Source: Flectonema sp. DT1601 (taxonomy: Eukaryota). From it: 64,000 nucleotides of DNA. Where the stretch lies: the NCBI GenBank assembly GCA_964019425.1, contig OZ025784.1, positions 682,001 to 746,000 of the forward strand, given 5' to 3'. The notes beneath the pieces were generated by a model. It searched no databases, was not told where the DNA came from, and saw only the letters and a program-made list of their open reading frames with translations. Positions 1 to 11,375 of the stretch are shown piece by piece. Position 1 is the first letter of the stretch. Each line of letters begins with the position of its first letter. The translations under genes and the position numbers were made by a program.

Positions 1-72
1 GCGAATTAAATACCAAGTTTTATTAACCCTACTCTAAGAAATAAGCTGAAGCAAGTCTATCTGAATGGCTAC

Positions 73-110
<38 letters not shown>

Positions 111-464
111 AGAAAACCAGTTTCCATTGATGGAATCGAAAGAAAGGATAAAAATCCGTTTGTTTTTTTTTCTTTTTTTTGTTGTTGTTGTTTTTTTTTG
201 AACAATGAAATACATCCAAAAACAGACTGGATAGTGACGACCATTTTATGGAAGAAAAGAAAAAAAAAAGAGACACACGATCGTGTTTTGAAATGTATTT
301 TCTGATATTCGATATAGTGAACGAGGACGTCGACTGCCGTCGTCTCTCTGTTAGTGAAAATGGGTAGAGTTAGTACTCGTAATACGCACGATACAAGCTG
401 ACAAGGTTTACACATCTGTTGTATTATATTTAACAAACAAGGCAAGACAACTCGTTAAATCCTC

Positions 465-1190
465 TCATTCGGTTGCCTGTTGCCGTTTTCTCTCGACTCT
501 CATTTCCGCAATTAGAACAAGTTGTCTGCCAGCAGCGATTCCAAAAGCAGATATCACTAAATACGGAGACAAGGCTAGATGACTGTTTGCAGAATACCAA
601 AATAAAATAGCTAAAAGTAAAATCATGTTTGAAATAGTCATTCCTACCTGATACAGTTGACAAGCAAGAGAACTGCGACCAGCGATGAATGAACAGTAGC
701 TGGCTGAACCTATCTCCACAATTATGGCTGAAAAGGTGCACATTCTAAGTGACTGAACGGGTAAGAAAGAAAGACTAATTGCGATAAACATGACTAGCAG
801 GTGATGAGTCAATAATATAAGGTCAGGGGTATTAAAAAATAATAAGAAATCCTTCGCCATGATACCAAACATCGCACCAAAGACGTGAACATCACACTGA
901 GTACGACTCTCAAACATCAACATTTCAAAACCGACTCCCTCCATCATCAAAATTGATGAATCAACAGAAGCATAAACCAACGCAATCGGAGCCCACGTTC
1001 CAGTTATCCAAGCATTAGCCTTGTAAGCCCAAGGCGGAACAACCTCTTTATAGTGTCGAGGTACCGGCTTTCCCCTACTCACCCAATCTCTTTGAAATGC
1101 AACAGACGCTATAAACGTTGCGATACCAGCGACTACCGCTCCTTCACTAAAAGCTGACTGATATGTAGATGATATCGAAGTGGGTAACAT
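465..1190 (-). CDS. TLC (TRAM/LAG1/CLN8)-domain-like multi-pass membrane protein
   Basis: Several hydrophobic helices with a 'LTHHLL' motif followed by 'EIGS', typical of TLC domains. Likely start MLPTS at 1190 (the ORF track extends to a TTG at 1349). Confidence 0.6.
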   Translation of the reverse strand: MLPTSISSTYQSAFSEGAVVAGIATFIASVAFQRDWVSRGKPVPRHYKEVVPPWAYKANAWITGTWAPIALVYASVDSSILMMEGVGFEMLMFESRTQCDVHVFGAMFGIMAKDFLLFFNTPDLILLTHHLLVMFIAISLSFLPVQSLRMCTFSAIIVEIGSASYCSFIAGRSSLACQLYQVGMTISNMILLLAILFWYSANSHLALSPYLVISAFGIAAGRQLVLIAEMRVERKRQQATE

Positions 1191-1503
1191 AATTGAGTAA
1201 CGTATTAGACCTTGTGAGAGAGAGTGATGGTTTAATAATTGTAGACAAGACACAAGTTTAGCGTCCCCACATGCCCTGAAGGGGTTAATTTGATACCGCA
1301 TTCTTAAGCTCTGAAGGGGGTAATTTGATACTGCATTTTCAAGCTTCAAGGGGGGAAAAAAAAACTACTAAAAAACAATCAATATTTTTAAAAAAATCAA
1401 GACTAAAAAGAACAATACAAAAAAAAAAAAAGAGTGAATAATGTACAAAATTTTATATATCTAAAAAAAGAAAAAAAGTGGAATTTTCTAACAGAAAAAA
1501 AAA

Positions 1504-4431
1504 CTAACTGATACTCATTTTTATTAAATCGACCAGGTAGGCAGTCTTGGCCTGTAATTCTTCGTTTGTTGAGGTAGTCTCTAGAGTGTCTTGAAGAGAA
1601 CGAAGTTGACCCATCACCCAGCTGCTGCTACGAGCGACGTTGCCCAATTCGATGGCGATATTACTGACAGGGACAGGAGGGGCTAAGCGAGCTGGAATAG
1701 AAGCTTCGAGATCGTGGAAAGCATCTCTCAATGAATCAGACTCCAGCATCGCGAGGTCCTTTTCTTGTAGTGCAGAGGCAAGCTTTACTTTAATATCAGT
1801 GTCGTTCTGTGTTAAGTTATCAATGGCTTGTTGTGCTTTTGTGTTTGCTTCCGTCAAAACAATATTCTGAGTCTCCAATGCGTTGATCAGCTCTTCCATT
1901 TCTGAACACTTCCCTATCATACTTTCTAAGTACGTATCTTTCACATTCAATTCCTGACTCAGTCGAGTCTGAACTTCAGCATCAGAAGAAATAGTATCCG
2001 CCTGTGAAGCAGCCTGTCTCTCAAGACTATGAAGGGTTTCTTCCAATGCCAGGCACTCAGATGCTCTTGTCTCCAACATACTATTCTGGTGTGTAATGGT
2101 AATCATTTTTCTTCCATGTTCATCCTTCTCCTCTTGCAGTACATCCGTCAACATCAGCAATCGGGTTACGTTCTCAGACAACTCACTCTTTTCCAATTGC
2201 ATCGTCAAAATCTGCTGTTGTCGAACATCCAGCTCGGTTCCCGCAGATATCATTTTTTCTTCCAATGTGGAAATTGCTTGCCGCAGCATGTCGTTTTCAG
2301 ATTGTAGAGATGCAGTTTCTCGAAGGGCAGAGTCGATCTCAGTATTTAAAGAAGCATGAAGTCTATCGAGATTAGACTGATGAGTGACTCTAATTGAGGA
2401 AATATTTCCGAGAAGCTCATCTCTTTCAAGTTCTAAAGAGGTACTCAACTCCGACAGTCTCAGCTCTGCTTCTGCATACGATGCGAGGGAAGTCTGCTGT
2501 TCTGATACTTTTAATGATAGTTTGCTGTGTTCACATTCTTGAAGTCTAACTTTTCCCTCAACAGATGTCAATGAAAGTGTTTTTTCAAGAAGTTCAGCAT
2601 TCAAACGGTCTAACAAAGTATCCTGTTCAGTTACTCTGGATTCGTATCTGTTGATGTCTGCTTCGAGAAACGTTATTCTGGCTTGGCTTTGAACTTCTCT
2701 CTTGTCAGAAATAGCATCTGATAATCTCTGAACTTCTTCTCGGTATCTTTCAACTGTTTGCGTAACTGAAATCTGAGCAGACTGAATCGGATGAGGAATT
2801 CTCGCTGGTGCTGTAATCACACTTGGTGTGTGGACACCTGTCTGTGCATTTAAAATTTCAGCTAAACGAGTCTCAGCAACAGTCCTCATCATCTGCTCAT
2901 GCTCAACTTTCTTTTTAAAAGAATTTATTATTTCATTCAAATCAGCTATTTCCATGTCGTGTTGAGTCTGAGCTGATTTTAATTTCACCTCCTCGTGTTT
3001 CATCATTTCGGATATGTCTGTCACTCGTAAATTTTTTTCTTGTTCAAGAAGCTGATTTACTTCATTTATTTTATTTTGATAATTACTAAGTGATTTATGA
3101 AGCTCTTCTGTTCTAGACATGTGAGCTTTTGAAGCATCTTTTAAAACATTTTCCTGAGTGTCTTTAAAGTTCATAAGCTCTTCTTGTGATTCTTTTTCTG
3201 ATGTAATTAGCTGGATGTTTATGTCTGAAGTTTTCATTATTTCCTGTTCCTGTTCTAATAATTTATTTTGAAGAATCGAAACTGCTTCGGTCAACTTTTC
3301 ATTCTCTTCTTGCATTGCTTGACTGCTGTTTGCCGACATATCCGCCTCTTGCAAGATTAATTTTATGTGTTGTTTTTGATCACAAATCACTTTCTCAAAA
3401 ACTGCTGCATCTCTGGTGCTGGGAATCGCGTCTGATGTCCTCATCCGCTGAGGCGTTCTATATCTTTCGCTGTTATTTTCTTGACTCGAAAACCATGTTT
3501 TCAACCCTCCATCAACACCAACAGTCCAAATAGTATTACATAATATCGGTTCAGTTCGAATCCCGGTGATGATACCATTTCGATGCCAATTCCCGTCAGG
3601 TGGTGCTATCGAAGATGTAATTGCTCGAGATGAAATTGACAGCAGCTGGATGAAACCTCTTTTATCCATTGCGAGTACTGTGTCGGCGTCGTCAGAAGTT
3701 GGAAGAAGGGTCGACACAGGAGCACTACTGGGAACCTGACCGATAGAGGTAAATGAGAAATCCTCATCGATTCCGTCAATGGTCCAAAAATGGATACCAT
3801 CACCTCCTGCTGACCAGAATTCAGTATTTGATATTAGTAAAAGAGTTAGACAACTCGATTTATGAGCTTTTATTGACGATAAACAACAAGAAGAAGTACT
3901 GGCTATGTTGTACAAGTAAACATGACCATCACTGGTTGAACATAGCAACCCTTTTGGGATCGATAATAGGGACGTGACTCCGCTTCTAATTCCTGAAATC
4001 CTGTTTAAGTGATTTGCTTCTGAATCCCAATGGTGAACTAACCAGTCTTCACTACCTGTGAAGACAGATCCATCGTATGATGAAATTATACAGTTGACAG
4101 TTGCTGTGTGTATTTTTGATTCAGATATAAGTGTCTTTTCAAAGGCATTAAATAAGGCTATCAGTCCGTCGCTGAACCCGATCCATATTTTATCGTGGGT
4201 TACCATCATGCAGTTTGGATAACATCCTTTTTTATAGAATTCATCTTTGTCTTTATTCAACGCCGAGGCTATCTCCTTGCCGTTGCTGCTGTTCGCTATT
4301 CGAATCGAGCCGTCTCTCCCTCCGATCCAAACTTCTGATCGGAATGATGCGACACATCGGGCACCACAGTCAGGGATATCAGTGAGCAGCCCTGGCTCTG
4401 ACAAGGTTCTCATTATTGGTTTACCCGACAT
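1504..4431 (-). CDS. WD40-like beta-propeller plus long coiled-coil protein (975 aa)
   Basis: N-terminal repeats such as VWIGGRDGSIRI, VFTGSEDWLVHHWD, FWSAGGDGIHFW and IWTVGVDGGLKTW. The C-terminal ~600 aa is heptad-rich (E/Q/L/K). Confidence 0.8.
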   Translation of the reverse strand: MSGKPIMRTLSEPGLLTDIPDCGARCVASFRSEVWIGGRDGSIRIANSSNGKEIASALNKDKDEFYKKGCYPNCMMVTHDKIWIGFSDGLIALFNAFEKTLISESKIHTATVNCIISSYDGSVFTGSEDWLVHHWDSEANHLNRISGIRSGVTSLLSIPKGLLCSTSDGHVYLYNIASTSSCCLSSIKAHKSSCLTLLLISNTEFWSAGGDGIHFWTIDGIDEDFSFTSIGQVPSSAPVSTLLPTSDDADTVLAMDKRGFIQLLSISSRAITSSIAPPDGNWHRNGIITGIRTEPILCNTIWTVGVDGGLKTWFSSQENNSERYRTPQRMRTSDAIPSTRDAAVFEKVICDQKQHIKLILQEADMSANSSQAMQEENEKLTEAVSILQNKLLEQEQEIMKTSDINIQLITSEKESQEELMNFKDTQENVLKDASKAHMSRTEELHKSLSNYQNKINEVNQLLEQEKNLRVTDISEMMKHEEVKLKSAQTQHDMEIADLNEIINSFKKKVEHEQMMRTVAETRLAEILNAQTGVHTPSVITAPARIPHPIQSAQISVTQTVERYREEVQRLSDAISDKREVQSQARITFLEADINRYESRVTEQDTLLDRLNAELLEKTLSLTSVEGKVRLQECEHSKLSLKVSEQQTSLASYAEAELRLSELSTSLELERDELLGNISSIRVTHQSNLDRLHASLNTEIDSALRETASLQSENDMLRQAISTLEEKMISAGTELDVRQQQILTMQLEKSELSENVTRLLMLTDVLQEEKDEHGRKMITITHQNSMLETRASECLALEETLHSLERQAASQADTISSDAEVQTRLSQELNVKDTYLESMIGKCSEMEELINALETQNIVLTEANTKAQQAIDNLTQNDTDIKVKLASALQEKDLAMLESDSLRDAFHDLEASIPARLAPPVPVSNIAIELGNVARSSSWVMGQLRSLQDTLETTSTNEELQAKTAYLVDLIKMSIS

Positions 4432-4863
4432 GAGACAGTACTGTGTGGGATAGAAAGAATTTGAATTTTATTTTTTTTGTTTTTTTTGAAAAACAAAAAA
4501 AAGGGAAACAATCTATCATAAAGAATATCTAATTTATAAAAATGTTTTTTTCATTTTTTTCTTTTCAATCTAATTTCTTATAAGTTGTCACAAAAAAATA
4601 AAAAAATCAAAGCAATTGAGGGCACAGTTAGGCCCATTTCTTTTTTTTTTTTTCCTTTTTTTTTTCCCCATGTCCTCCTAAGAGAGCGAAAGAGGGGAAA
4701 AAAAAAAAAAAATAGAACAACCAAAAGACGGTTTATATTTGACAGCAAATAACAAATAATAACATCACAAGAAATAAAGCGTTCGTTGGCTTTCTATTGG
4801 AAGTCGAACTGTTTTGTTTGTTTTGTTTTGTTTAAATTGATTAGCGTCCCGTCAATTAAAAAA

Positions 4864-4986
4864 CCATTCAAGATAAAAGCCTTTTTTTTTTTTTTTTTTT
4901 CGTTGAACGCACAGGATAAATCATGACCATAAGAAATATCGGTTTTCAATCTGAATAAACGGCTTCTTCTCCGACTACGTCGGTAC
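4864..4986. mobile_element. Miniature Helitron2/Helentron-like element, copy A
   Basis: CCATTCA...ATCTGAATA ends, terminal hairpin CCGAC-TAC-GTCGG, flanked by A-runs. Homologous to copies at 25988, 31715 and 32427. Confidence 0.55.
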
Positions 4987-5040
4987 AAAAAAAAAAAAAA
5001 AAAAAAAAAAAGAAGTACATCACATACCAATAGAACCTTT

Positions 5041-6345
5041 CTAAAACTCCGCATGAGACAATCGAAGGGGACTAAACGTGAGATCCATAAACGAAGATGT
5101 CTTCGGAGGAGGTGCCATACTTTTAGATTTAACTTCCTGGTAGCGATCATGTCGAGACTCATTCTCAACATCTTTTTTACTTCTACTACCCGGCGTGTGT
5201 GTATTAGTTATGTCCTGAGGAACTGCTATTGACCTGGCACGAGATTTACTTTTTCCAAAACGACGAACACAAGAAACCTTTATATCAGATGGAGGAGTTG
5301 CTCTGGGAGCTGCTCTTTCAGTCTTCTTTGGTGGTGTTTCTGTTTTCTGTGGAGGGGTGCTCATGTCAACTCGACGACGCCTACGACGAAATACAAACAC
5401 AGAACTAGAATCATCTTTAGTCTTATCAGTTTTTAATTCTCTCTCAACAGATGAATCAACCTTTGAAGCTTTACGAGAAGGAACATCATCCTGACGCTTT
5501 GCCTTTCTGCGTTCGTTTTCTTTCTTAAGACCCAAAGGCGATTGAGGAAGTGGTAAGATCGGACTGGATTCTCGCATGACGTTCATTATGCTTTTCTTTT
5601 GAGTTTCAAGTCTACTTTGGATGAGTCGTTTGTGTGATTTAGCTCTCTGAGCTTCTTGTTCCAAATCCTTTATACGTTGTTTTAGTTTTAGTACATCTTC
5701 ACGTTCTCTCGTTGCTTCGATCTCTTGGTTTTCCCTTTGGAAATCTTCGCGAATTTCCTTCTTTTCTTTTTCAAATTCCCTCTGCATGTCCTTTTTTAAC
5801 TTTTCAAAACTCTTTTCAGCCGCACGTTTTTCTTTGTTGAATTCAGTAGTAGTTTTCCTTTTTTGCTTCGTGAATTCTTTTTTTTCTTCTTCGAATTTTC
5901 TCTCCAAGGAATCACGTTCAGACAAGAGAGTCTTGACCTTGTCTTTGTATACTTGGATGTCTGCCTCAGATGTTTTTCGGGTTTCACGACGAGCTAACTC
6001 CTGAGTGAGAGAATCATTATCGCAGACTATGGCTGTGTACTTCTTGTGTAAGTCAGATAATGTTGTTTTAGTGTCCTCTTCATATTCGGTAAACTGTTGT
6101 GCCATTTGTCGTATTAGGTCTTCTCTTTCTTCTATCTTTTCAGAACAGCTGCGCTCATATGATTTTATTATGTCTTCCGCCTCCGACATAGTTTTCTTCT
6201 CTTTCTTCTCCAGTTCTTCTCCTCTTGCTGCTATTTTCTTACCACCTTCAAGCACATCTTCGAGGGAGATTTTCAACTTTTGGAGTTGTTTTTCGATTTC
6301 CTCCTCAGGACAGATTGGTGCTGAGCTCTTCTTCTTCGGCGCCAT
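5041..6345 (-). CDS. Coiled-coil protein with basic low-complexity C-terminus, function unknown
   Basis: 434-aa ORF starting MAPKKK, with a K/E-rich heptad region. An AG acceptor with a T-tract lies just upstream. Confidence 0.75.
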   Translation of the reverse strand: MAPKKKSSAPICPEEEIEKQLQKLKISLEDVLEGGKKIAARGEELEKKEKKTMSEAEDIIKSYERSCSEKIEEREDLIRQMAQQFTEYEEDTKTTLSDLHKKYTAIVCDNDSLTQELARRETRKTSEADIQVYKDKVKTLLSERDSLERKFEEEKKEFTKQKRKTTTEFNKEKRAAEKSFEKLKKDMQREFEKEKKEIREDFQRENQEIEATREREDVLKLKQRIKDLEQEAQRAKSHKRLIQSRLETQKKSIMNVMRESSPILPLPQSPLGLKKENERRKAKRQDDVPSRKASKVDSSVERELKTDKTKDDSSSVFVFRRRRRRVDMSTPPQKTETPPKKTERAAPRATPPSDIKVSCVRRFGKSKSRARSIAVPQDITNTHTPGSRSKKDVENESRHDRYQEVKSKSMAPPPKTSSFMDLTFSPLRLSHAEF

Positions 6346-6709
6346 GGTGCTGCACCACCTTCTGGAAAAAAAAAGTGAATTAAAAGAATATTGAAAACAA
6401 CTTGAGTCGTGAATGTCTCAGTCCCCTAAATATAAAAAAAAATAATTTACAAAATCATCACATGTTCAGACAAGCAACTCAGAAGTTAAGCTACACACTA
6501 GCAAAGGGAAAACTTCAGTAATTTTATTTTTTTTAACTTCAATTTTTAGTCCTCAAATAGGGTATTCTAAGTAAATGAGGAGTTAAAAAAAAAAAATAAA
6601 GAATAAAAAACACACTAATAATTCGGGGTTAGTATTTAAAAATAATAAGACTGAAATTAAACCTACAATATAATTTATTAACAGGCAACGCGTTTACTAA
6701 AAAAAGGAA

Positions 6710-7241
6710 CTACTTGTTTGCTGACAGGCGGGTAGATATATGTTGGAAAGTATCTTCCTTATCCTGTTTGTGTGTTTGTTTGTATTAACAACTAGTATAG
6801 ATGTAAAGCTACACGATGTCAAAAAAAAAACTCGATTTCAACAGAGCACAGACTGACATCGTGGTGCTACGCACCGAAAAAATCGGTACCGTAGCAGAAG
6901 AACGAGACCGGGGAACGAGGGGTATATTGTATCAGGATTGATACAGTTGACTAACCAGGGACTCGAGAACAAGAGACTGACCTAACAGCATAAGGAAGTG
7001 TCACATCATCCGACCTAACAGGCTGGGTGACGACAATAAAAAAGAGAGATGTGACGCATACCTCGTCTTCCCAATCCTCTTCCCATTCCTTGGCGGTGTC
7101 TTCCTCGACAACTGACCCGCTCAACTGACGTTGAGGGAGGTCATCACAAAGTTCAAACTGCTGAAATTCCTCAAAATCATCCTTGTCTTCATCATAGAAT
7201 GAACTCCATGGCTCATCTCCTTTCTGTGCTGACTTCGTCAT
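6710..7241 (-). CDS. SEM1: SEM1/DSS1 family protein, two exons (7241-7062, 6763-6710)
   Basis: Motifs 'EDKDDFEEF' and 'WEEDWEDE'. Donor GAG|GTATGC at 7061 and acceptor CAG| at 6764 give in-frame DKEDTFQHISTRLSANK*, a plausible C-terminal helix. Confidence 0.8.
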
Positions 7242-8029
7242 GTTGAAGGAACTCGTTGCTGATGTGATTAATGAGATTTATAGTCTTTGTCAAAGTATCT
7301 AAGAAATAAGAAAGTACCATGTCAAGAGCTTGTTACCGTAAAAATAAAGGCATCGGCGATTCACAAAAACATACAAATTGGAAATTAGAATTATCTTGTG
7401 CTTTGTTTTTGTACAAGAGATCAGATCATTTGAAAAAGTTTGAAAAAAAGAAATTTTCTTTTAATTTTTTTTCCCGCCGTAGGACACAGCAAAGAGTAAT
7501 CGTAGAAAAGAAATACACAAATCAATACTTCATATTTATTTTATTTATTTATTTATTTATTTACGAAGCCTAGGAAGCCAAAAGCCAGGAAAAGCTCACA
7601 GAGTAACAGTTATATCGCTACCAGCAACATATATAACACAAGAAAACCCAATAAAGGGAAACGTATTATCACTTTACAAAACTAGTCTTCAAGAAGATGA
7701 GAAACAAACGAAAACCCCAATAGTGAGCCCACAGTCTATATGCGTGCGGGTAGTTGCACATACGTCTGAAGGACAGAAGAAAGTTGTCTTATTGGACACC
7801 CCCTAGGAAAAAATAGTGTAAAACACATTTCAAAGAGAAATGATTTTTTTTTTTTTCTTTTCCTTATGTTCTTTTGAAAAAATCCCTTAGAAAATGATTG
7901 CAAAAAAAAAAAAAGAAATTTTATTTTTAAAACGAAGGCGCTCAGATTAGCCTCTATATTTCGTTGAAACGGAGACAGGAAAAAAAAACCCCCCATCAAA
8001 ATGATGTTTCAGTGATTCTAACTTTCATC

Positions 8030-9046
8030 TTATTCAGTGTTAACAACTAGGTCTGCTTTCTCATCATCTTCACAACTTTCTGAATCAAACTCTTCCATTT
8101 TACTAACAGACTTAGCGAGACTATATGCCCTCATATTAAAAGAGAAACATCCGAGTAATACAATAACAGTACCAACAACTGACACAGCTGAAGGATAATA
8201 ACTGTGAATTATCATATCAGCAACCACAGTCATTGGCACTAATAAAATCGTAGAGACCGACGTAAAGGTTGGATCGGTAAGATGCATGCATACAATAAGA
8301 GATAAAGTATACATCGCGTCTAAGACTCCGATTCCAATGGTGTTTCTGAGTACGTCAATGGGGGGGAATGTGAGGTTTTTATTTGTGAAGAGAGTCCATG
8401 CTAAGACACTGAGGGGTCCCCAGAGAACAATCCAAAGACCGATGCAGCCACAGAATCTCAAACTCGTAAGCATCGGGTTTTCATCATTAGGATCAGAGAT
8501 GTATTTCTTAATAAAAATTTGAAAAATCGCAAAAACGATAACAGAAGCGAACAGATCAACATATCCCACATATGATTTATGGATTCCTTCTTCTTTTTTC
8601 TCTGTTGAAGCAACAGCAACAACAACCGATCCGCACACTGCCAATGTCAACGAAGCAAGTTTTCTTACATCTATAAGCTCACCAAGAAAAATTATAGAAA
8701 GAAGATAAACCCAACCAGTACAAGTTCTGTATATAGCGCTGTTAGACCCGTCTGTGGTTTGATTTAAAGAATAATACCACGAATCACGACAAGCTAACGA
8801 GAGTATCGAAGCTATTGAACTGGTCTTTAGTGTGTACCCCCAGCTGTGGTAGCTGTTTATATTTTTAAACCAACACCAACACCAATACGGTGCCAGTAGA
8901 TATATATAACTCCCTCCCACAACAGTTGAAATCACAATGGGGTTGTCGTAGTTGTTTTCACTGCCTTGCAATGCTTCCGACATCACTAAGGTACAACTAT
9001 TGAATGAGAGGACGCAAATGATGACGAGATACCATTTTCGATCCAT
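8030..9046 (-). CDS. Drug/metabolite transporter superfamily (EamA/SLC35F-like) transporter
   Basis: About 10 hydrophobic segments. 'SLNQTTDGSNSAIY', 'LSIIFLGE' and 'LTDPTFTSVSTILLVP' resemble SLC35F motifs. Confidence 0.75.
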   Translation of the reverse strand: MDRKWYLVIICVLSFNSCTLVMSEALQGSENNYDNPIVISTVVGGSYIYLLAPYWCWCWFKNINSYHSWGYTLKTSSIASILSLACRDSWYYSLNQTTDGSNSAIYRTCTGWVYLLSIIFLGELIDVRKLASLTLAVCGSVVVAVASTEKKEEGIHKSYVGYVDLFASVIVFAIFQIFIKKYISDPNDENPMLTSLRFCGCIGLWIVLWGPLSVLAWTLFTNKNLTFPPIDVLRNTIGIGVLDAMYTLSLIVCMHLTDPTFTSVSTILLVPMTVVADMIIHSYYPSAVSVVGTVIVLLGCFSFNMRAYSLAKSVSKMEEFDSESCEDDEKADLVVNTE

Positions 9047-10307
9047 CCTGTGTGTGTGTTGTATGAGAGAGAGACATTAAAAAAAGTTGACACATTTTCT
9101 TTTCTATGAACGTTACATAAAAGAGAAAAAAAACACAATTGCTCTGCTATTCCATTTTCGACATCGCTAGGCCTTCATTTAGTAAGTTGTAAGGTACTTC
9201 TTTCCAGTTTATAAATCAGATTTATCAATTGTCTACTGTGAAAGGTTAGATAGAATAGAATATTATTAAACCTCCTCCTCCTGCGCAGAACTTTGACACA
9301 TAATTGTTATTCTCCTGTACGTAAATAATATATTCCTGATGCTAAACTCTTAAAACCCAGAAACAAAAAAAAAAGAGGGTGGGGGAAAGAGAAGATCCCA
9401 ACGCCTACAAACAATGGTTTGAAAGCAGTTAAGCTGTAAGATGAACGGGAAAAAAAAAAAAGAAAAAGAGAGAGTCTGATATGGGGATAAGTACTGTTAT
9501 TTTTTTTTTTTTTCCTACTTAAATCTTGACTTTACTATAGAACCTTTTTTTTTTTCTTTTTTTTTTTTTTTTGATGCAAAGAGCAGCGTATTTTGGGGCC
9601 ATACATCGCCCATAGTCTTGGGGATTTTTTTTTTCTAAGGCGATCCTAAACTTGCCAGCTCAAGTCGGAGGGGGAAATGATGTGCTCTATGGGGCTTAGC
9701 TGACACACAGGCTGACAAGATTACAGGGCAGGATAGATATACAGTAACACGATTTACAGGATACAAGTCGGCTTTACTTACCAGAGGCAAGTCAAAGAGC
9801 CAGCCGGAATTCTGATAAGACATCCACACGCTTGACTGACAATACGCAGTCAGACATTCCTCGCCCATCAGCATCTCTGGAAGACTTGTCTTCAGGACGG
9901 AGAATACTCGTTCAGCCTCAATCGATATCACTGGTAGTAAACAGGATATTCGCACTTAGTGCCTTCATACCGCTAAGAGCCTAACCTGTGTCTGACAGGA
10001 GGGAGTGTGTTGTGATATTGTGTAGCAGCTTCTACTTGAGCAGTACTGAAAAAACAAAAAAAAACTGCCAGATTTTTTTTTTTGGGGGGTAACTTGATAC
10101 TAATATTAAATGGAAAGCGGGGGGGAATTTCCCCATGGCACTTTTCAAGACCCCATAATACATTGGCAAAGAGGGGTGAAAAAAAAAAAAAAAACGATAA
10201 AGAAAAAGAAAAAGAAAACAAGTTACTATTCCCCTTGTGGTTTAGAGCCCCTGGATGCTACTAAGGGCAGTACAAAGTCAACGATTCCAGACGCGAGCAA
10301 GGAATAA

Positions 10308-10438
10308 GTAACTTGATACTGTAATAATATAAAGCAACTTGAAACTGGCTAAAATTAAATTAAGATTCGGCCAAACCTGGTATCGATAAACCCTATGTGG
10401 GATTTCGACGGTCACGTACTACACTGTAGCCCGTTATA
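10308..10438 (+). repeat. Dispersed GTAAC...GTTAY repeat (solo-LTR-like), copy 1; a partial 5' copy also lies at 10089-10118
   Basis: Shares GTAACTTGATAC, AAAGCAACTTGAAACTGGCTAAAA, TTCGGCCAAACCTGGT, CACGTACTACA and CTGTAGCCCGTTA with 14832-15022. Confidence 0.6.
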
Positions 10439-11159
10439 TCAATTTGCTAAAATAAATAAATTAAAAAAAATACCATTGCACACCACCACAGTGGACGTTG
10501 CAAGATTGTTGCGGGTGACAATCAAGCGGTTTCGTCCTGATAATTAAATACTTCCGTATTTTATTTTGATGTGCTTGTGAGAGGGAAAAAAAAGGAAAAA
10601 AACGCAGGGGCGTTGAGAAGAAGTTGAAGGAAGAAGGGAAAATGAAAATCAATGATATCACAATTTGGGTTCGGGCTAACTTTAACTAGTCGAAAGGAAG
10701 AATAAAAACAACAAGAAAAAGTTTTAAAAAAAAAAAAAAAACAGAAAAAAAAATCACTCCGCGAAATCAAGCGAAGGAAAACAATGAGCTGGGTGTATTC
10801 TCAGTTGTTTTCAATTACACAATTTTTTTTTTTTTTTTTTCTTCTTTATTCTATTCCATTATAAATATTACAATATTATTAATTCGAATTACAATGAACG
10901 CAAACTTAACTTGATGACAGGCAAGCGAGGGGAAAAAAAAATGAAGAAAAAAATATAAACAAAACTTTAGAATCAATAACGATGAAGCAGACAGAAACCT
11001 ATACAGTAAATTAAAGCAATACACCGGTTTTGATTAAAAAAAAAAAAAAAAAAATTAATGCAGAAATGAACTACTTTTTTATTCAAATACAGCACAAAAA
11101 GGGGGGGAAAAAAAAATAAATAAATAAATAAATAAATAAATAACATTAATGAAAATTTG

Positions 11160-11375
11160 GGGTGATGAATAAATTAAGTATATATGTACGAGTGGGGTTG
11201 AATGTTTCAATTCGTAAAATACAACTGTTTTGTATCACATTAACATAAGTGATAATTTAACAATCTGTTAAGGATACAGTGAACTATGGTGATGCTTAAC
11301 TTAGCCTTTTAAAGGGGTGATGATTAAATTAAGTATATATGTACGAGTGAGGATTAACTATTCGAGTTTGTACAT
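11160..11375. repeat. Dispersed AT-rich repeat family 'TTTTGTAC' (locally tandem, ~155-bp period)
   Basis: Direct repeat GGGTGATGA(A/T)TAAATTAAGTATATATGTACGAGTG at ~11160 and ~11315. Internal GATAATTTAACA...ATACAGTGA...GATGC is shared with 30491-30728 and 47116-47300. Confidence 0.6.

Noticed and set aside
7535..7575. (TTTA)n-CGAAGCCTAGGA shared with ~31000-31031
   Set aside because: Only ~12 non-simple bases match, in two copies. Possibly the tail of another element, but too short to call.
9635..10030. Possible coding region or degenerate retroelement fragment
   Set aside because: Composition is coding-like, but I found no long frame or convincing motif (only a weak LNLPAQVGGG). Not supportable without a search.
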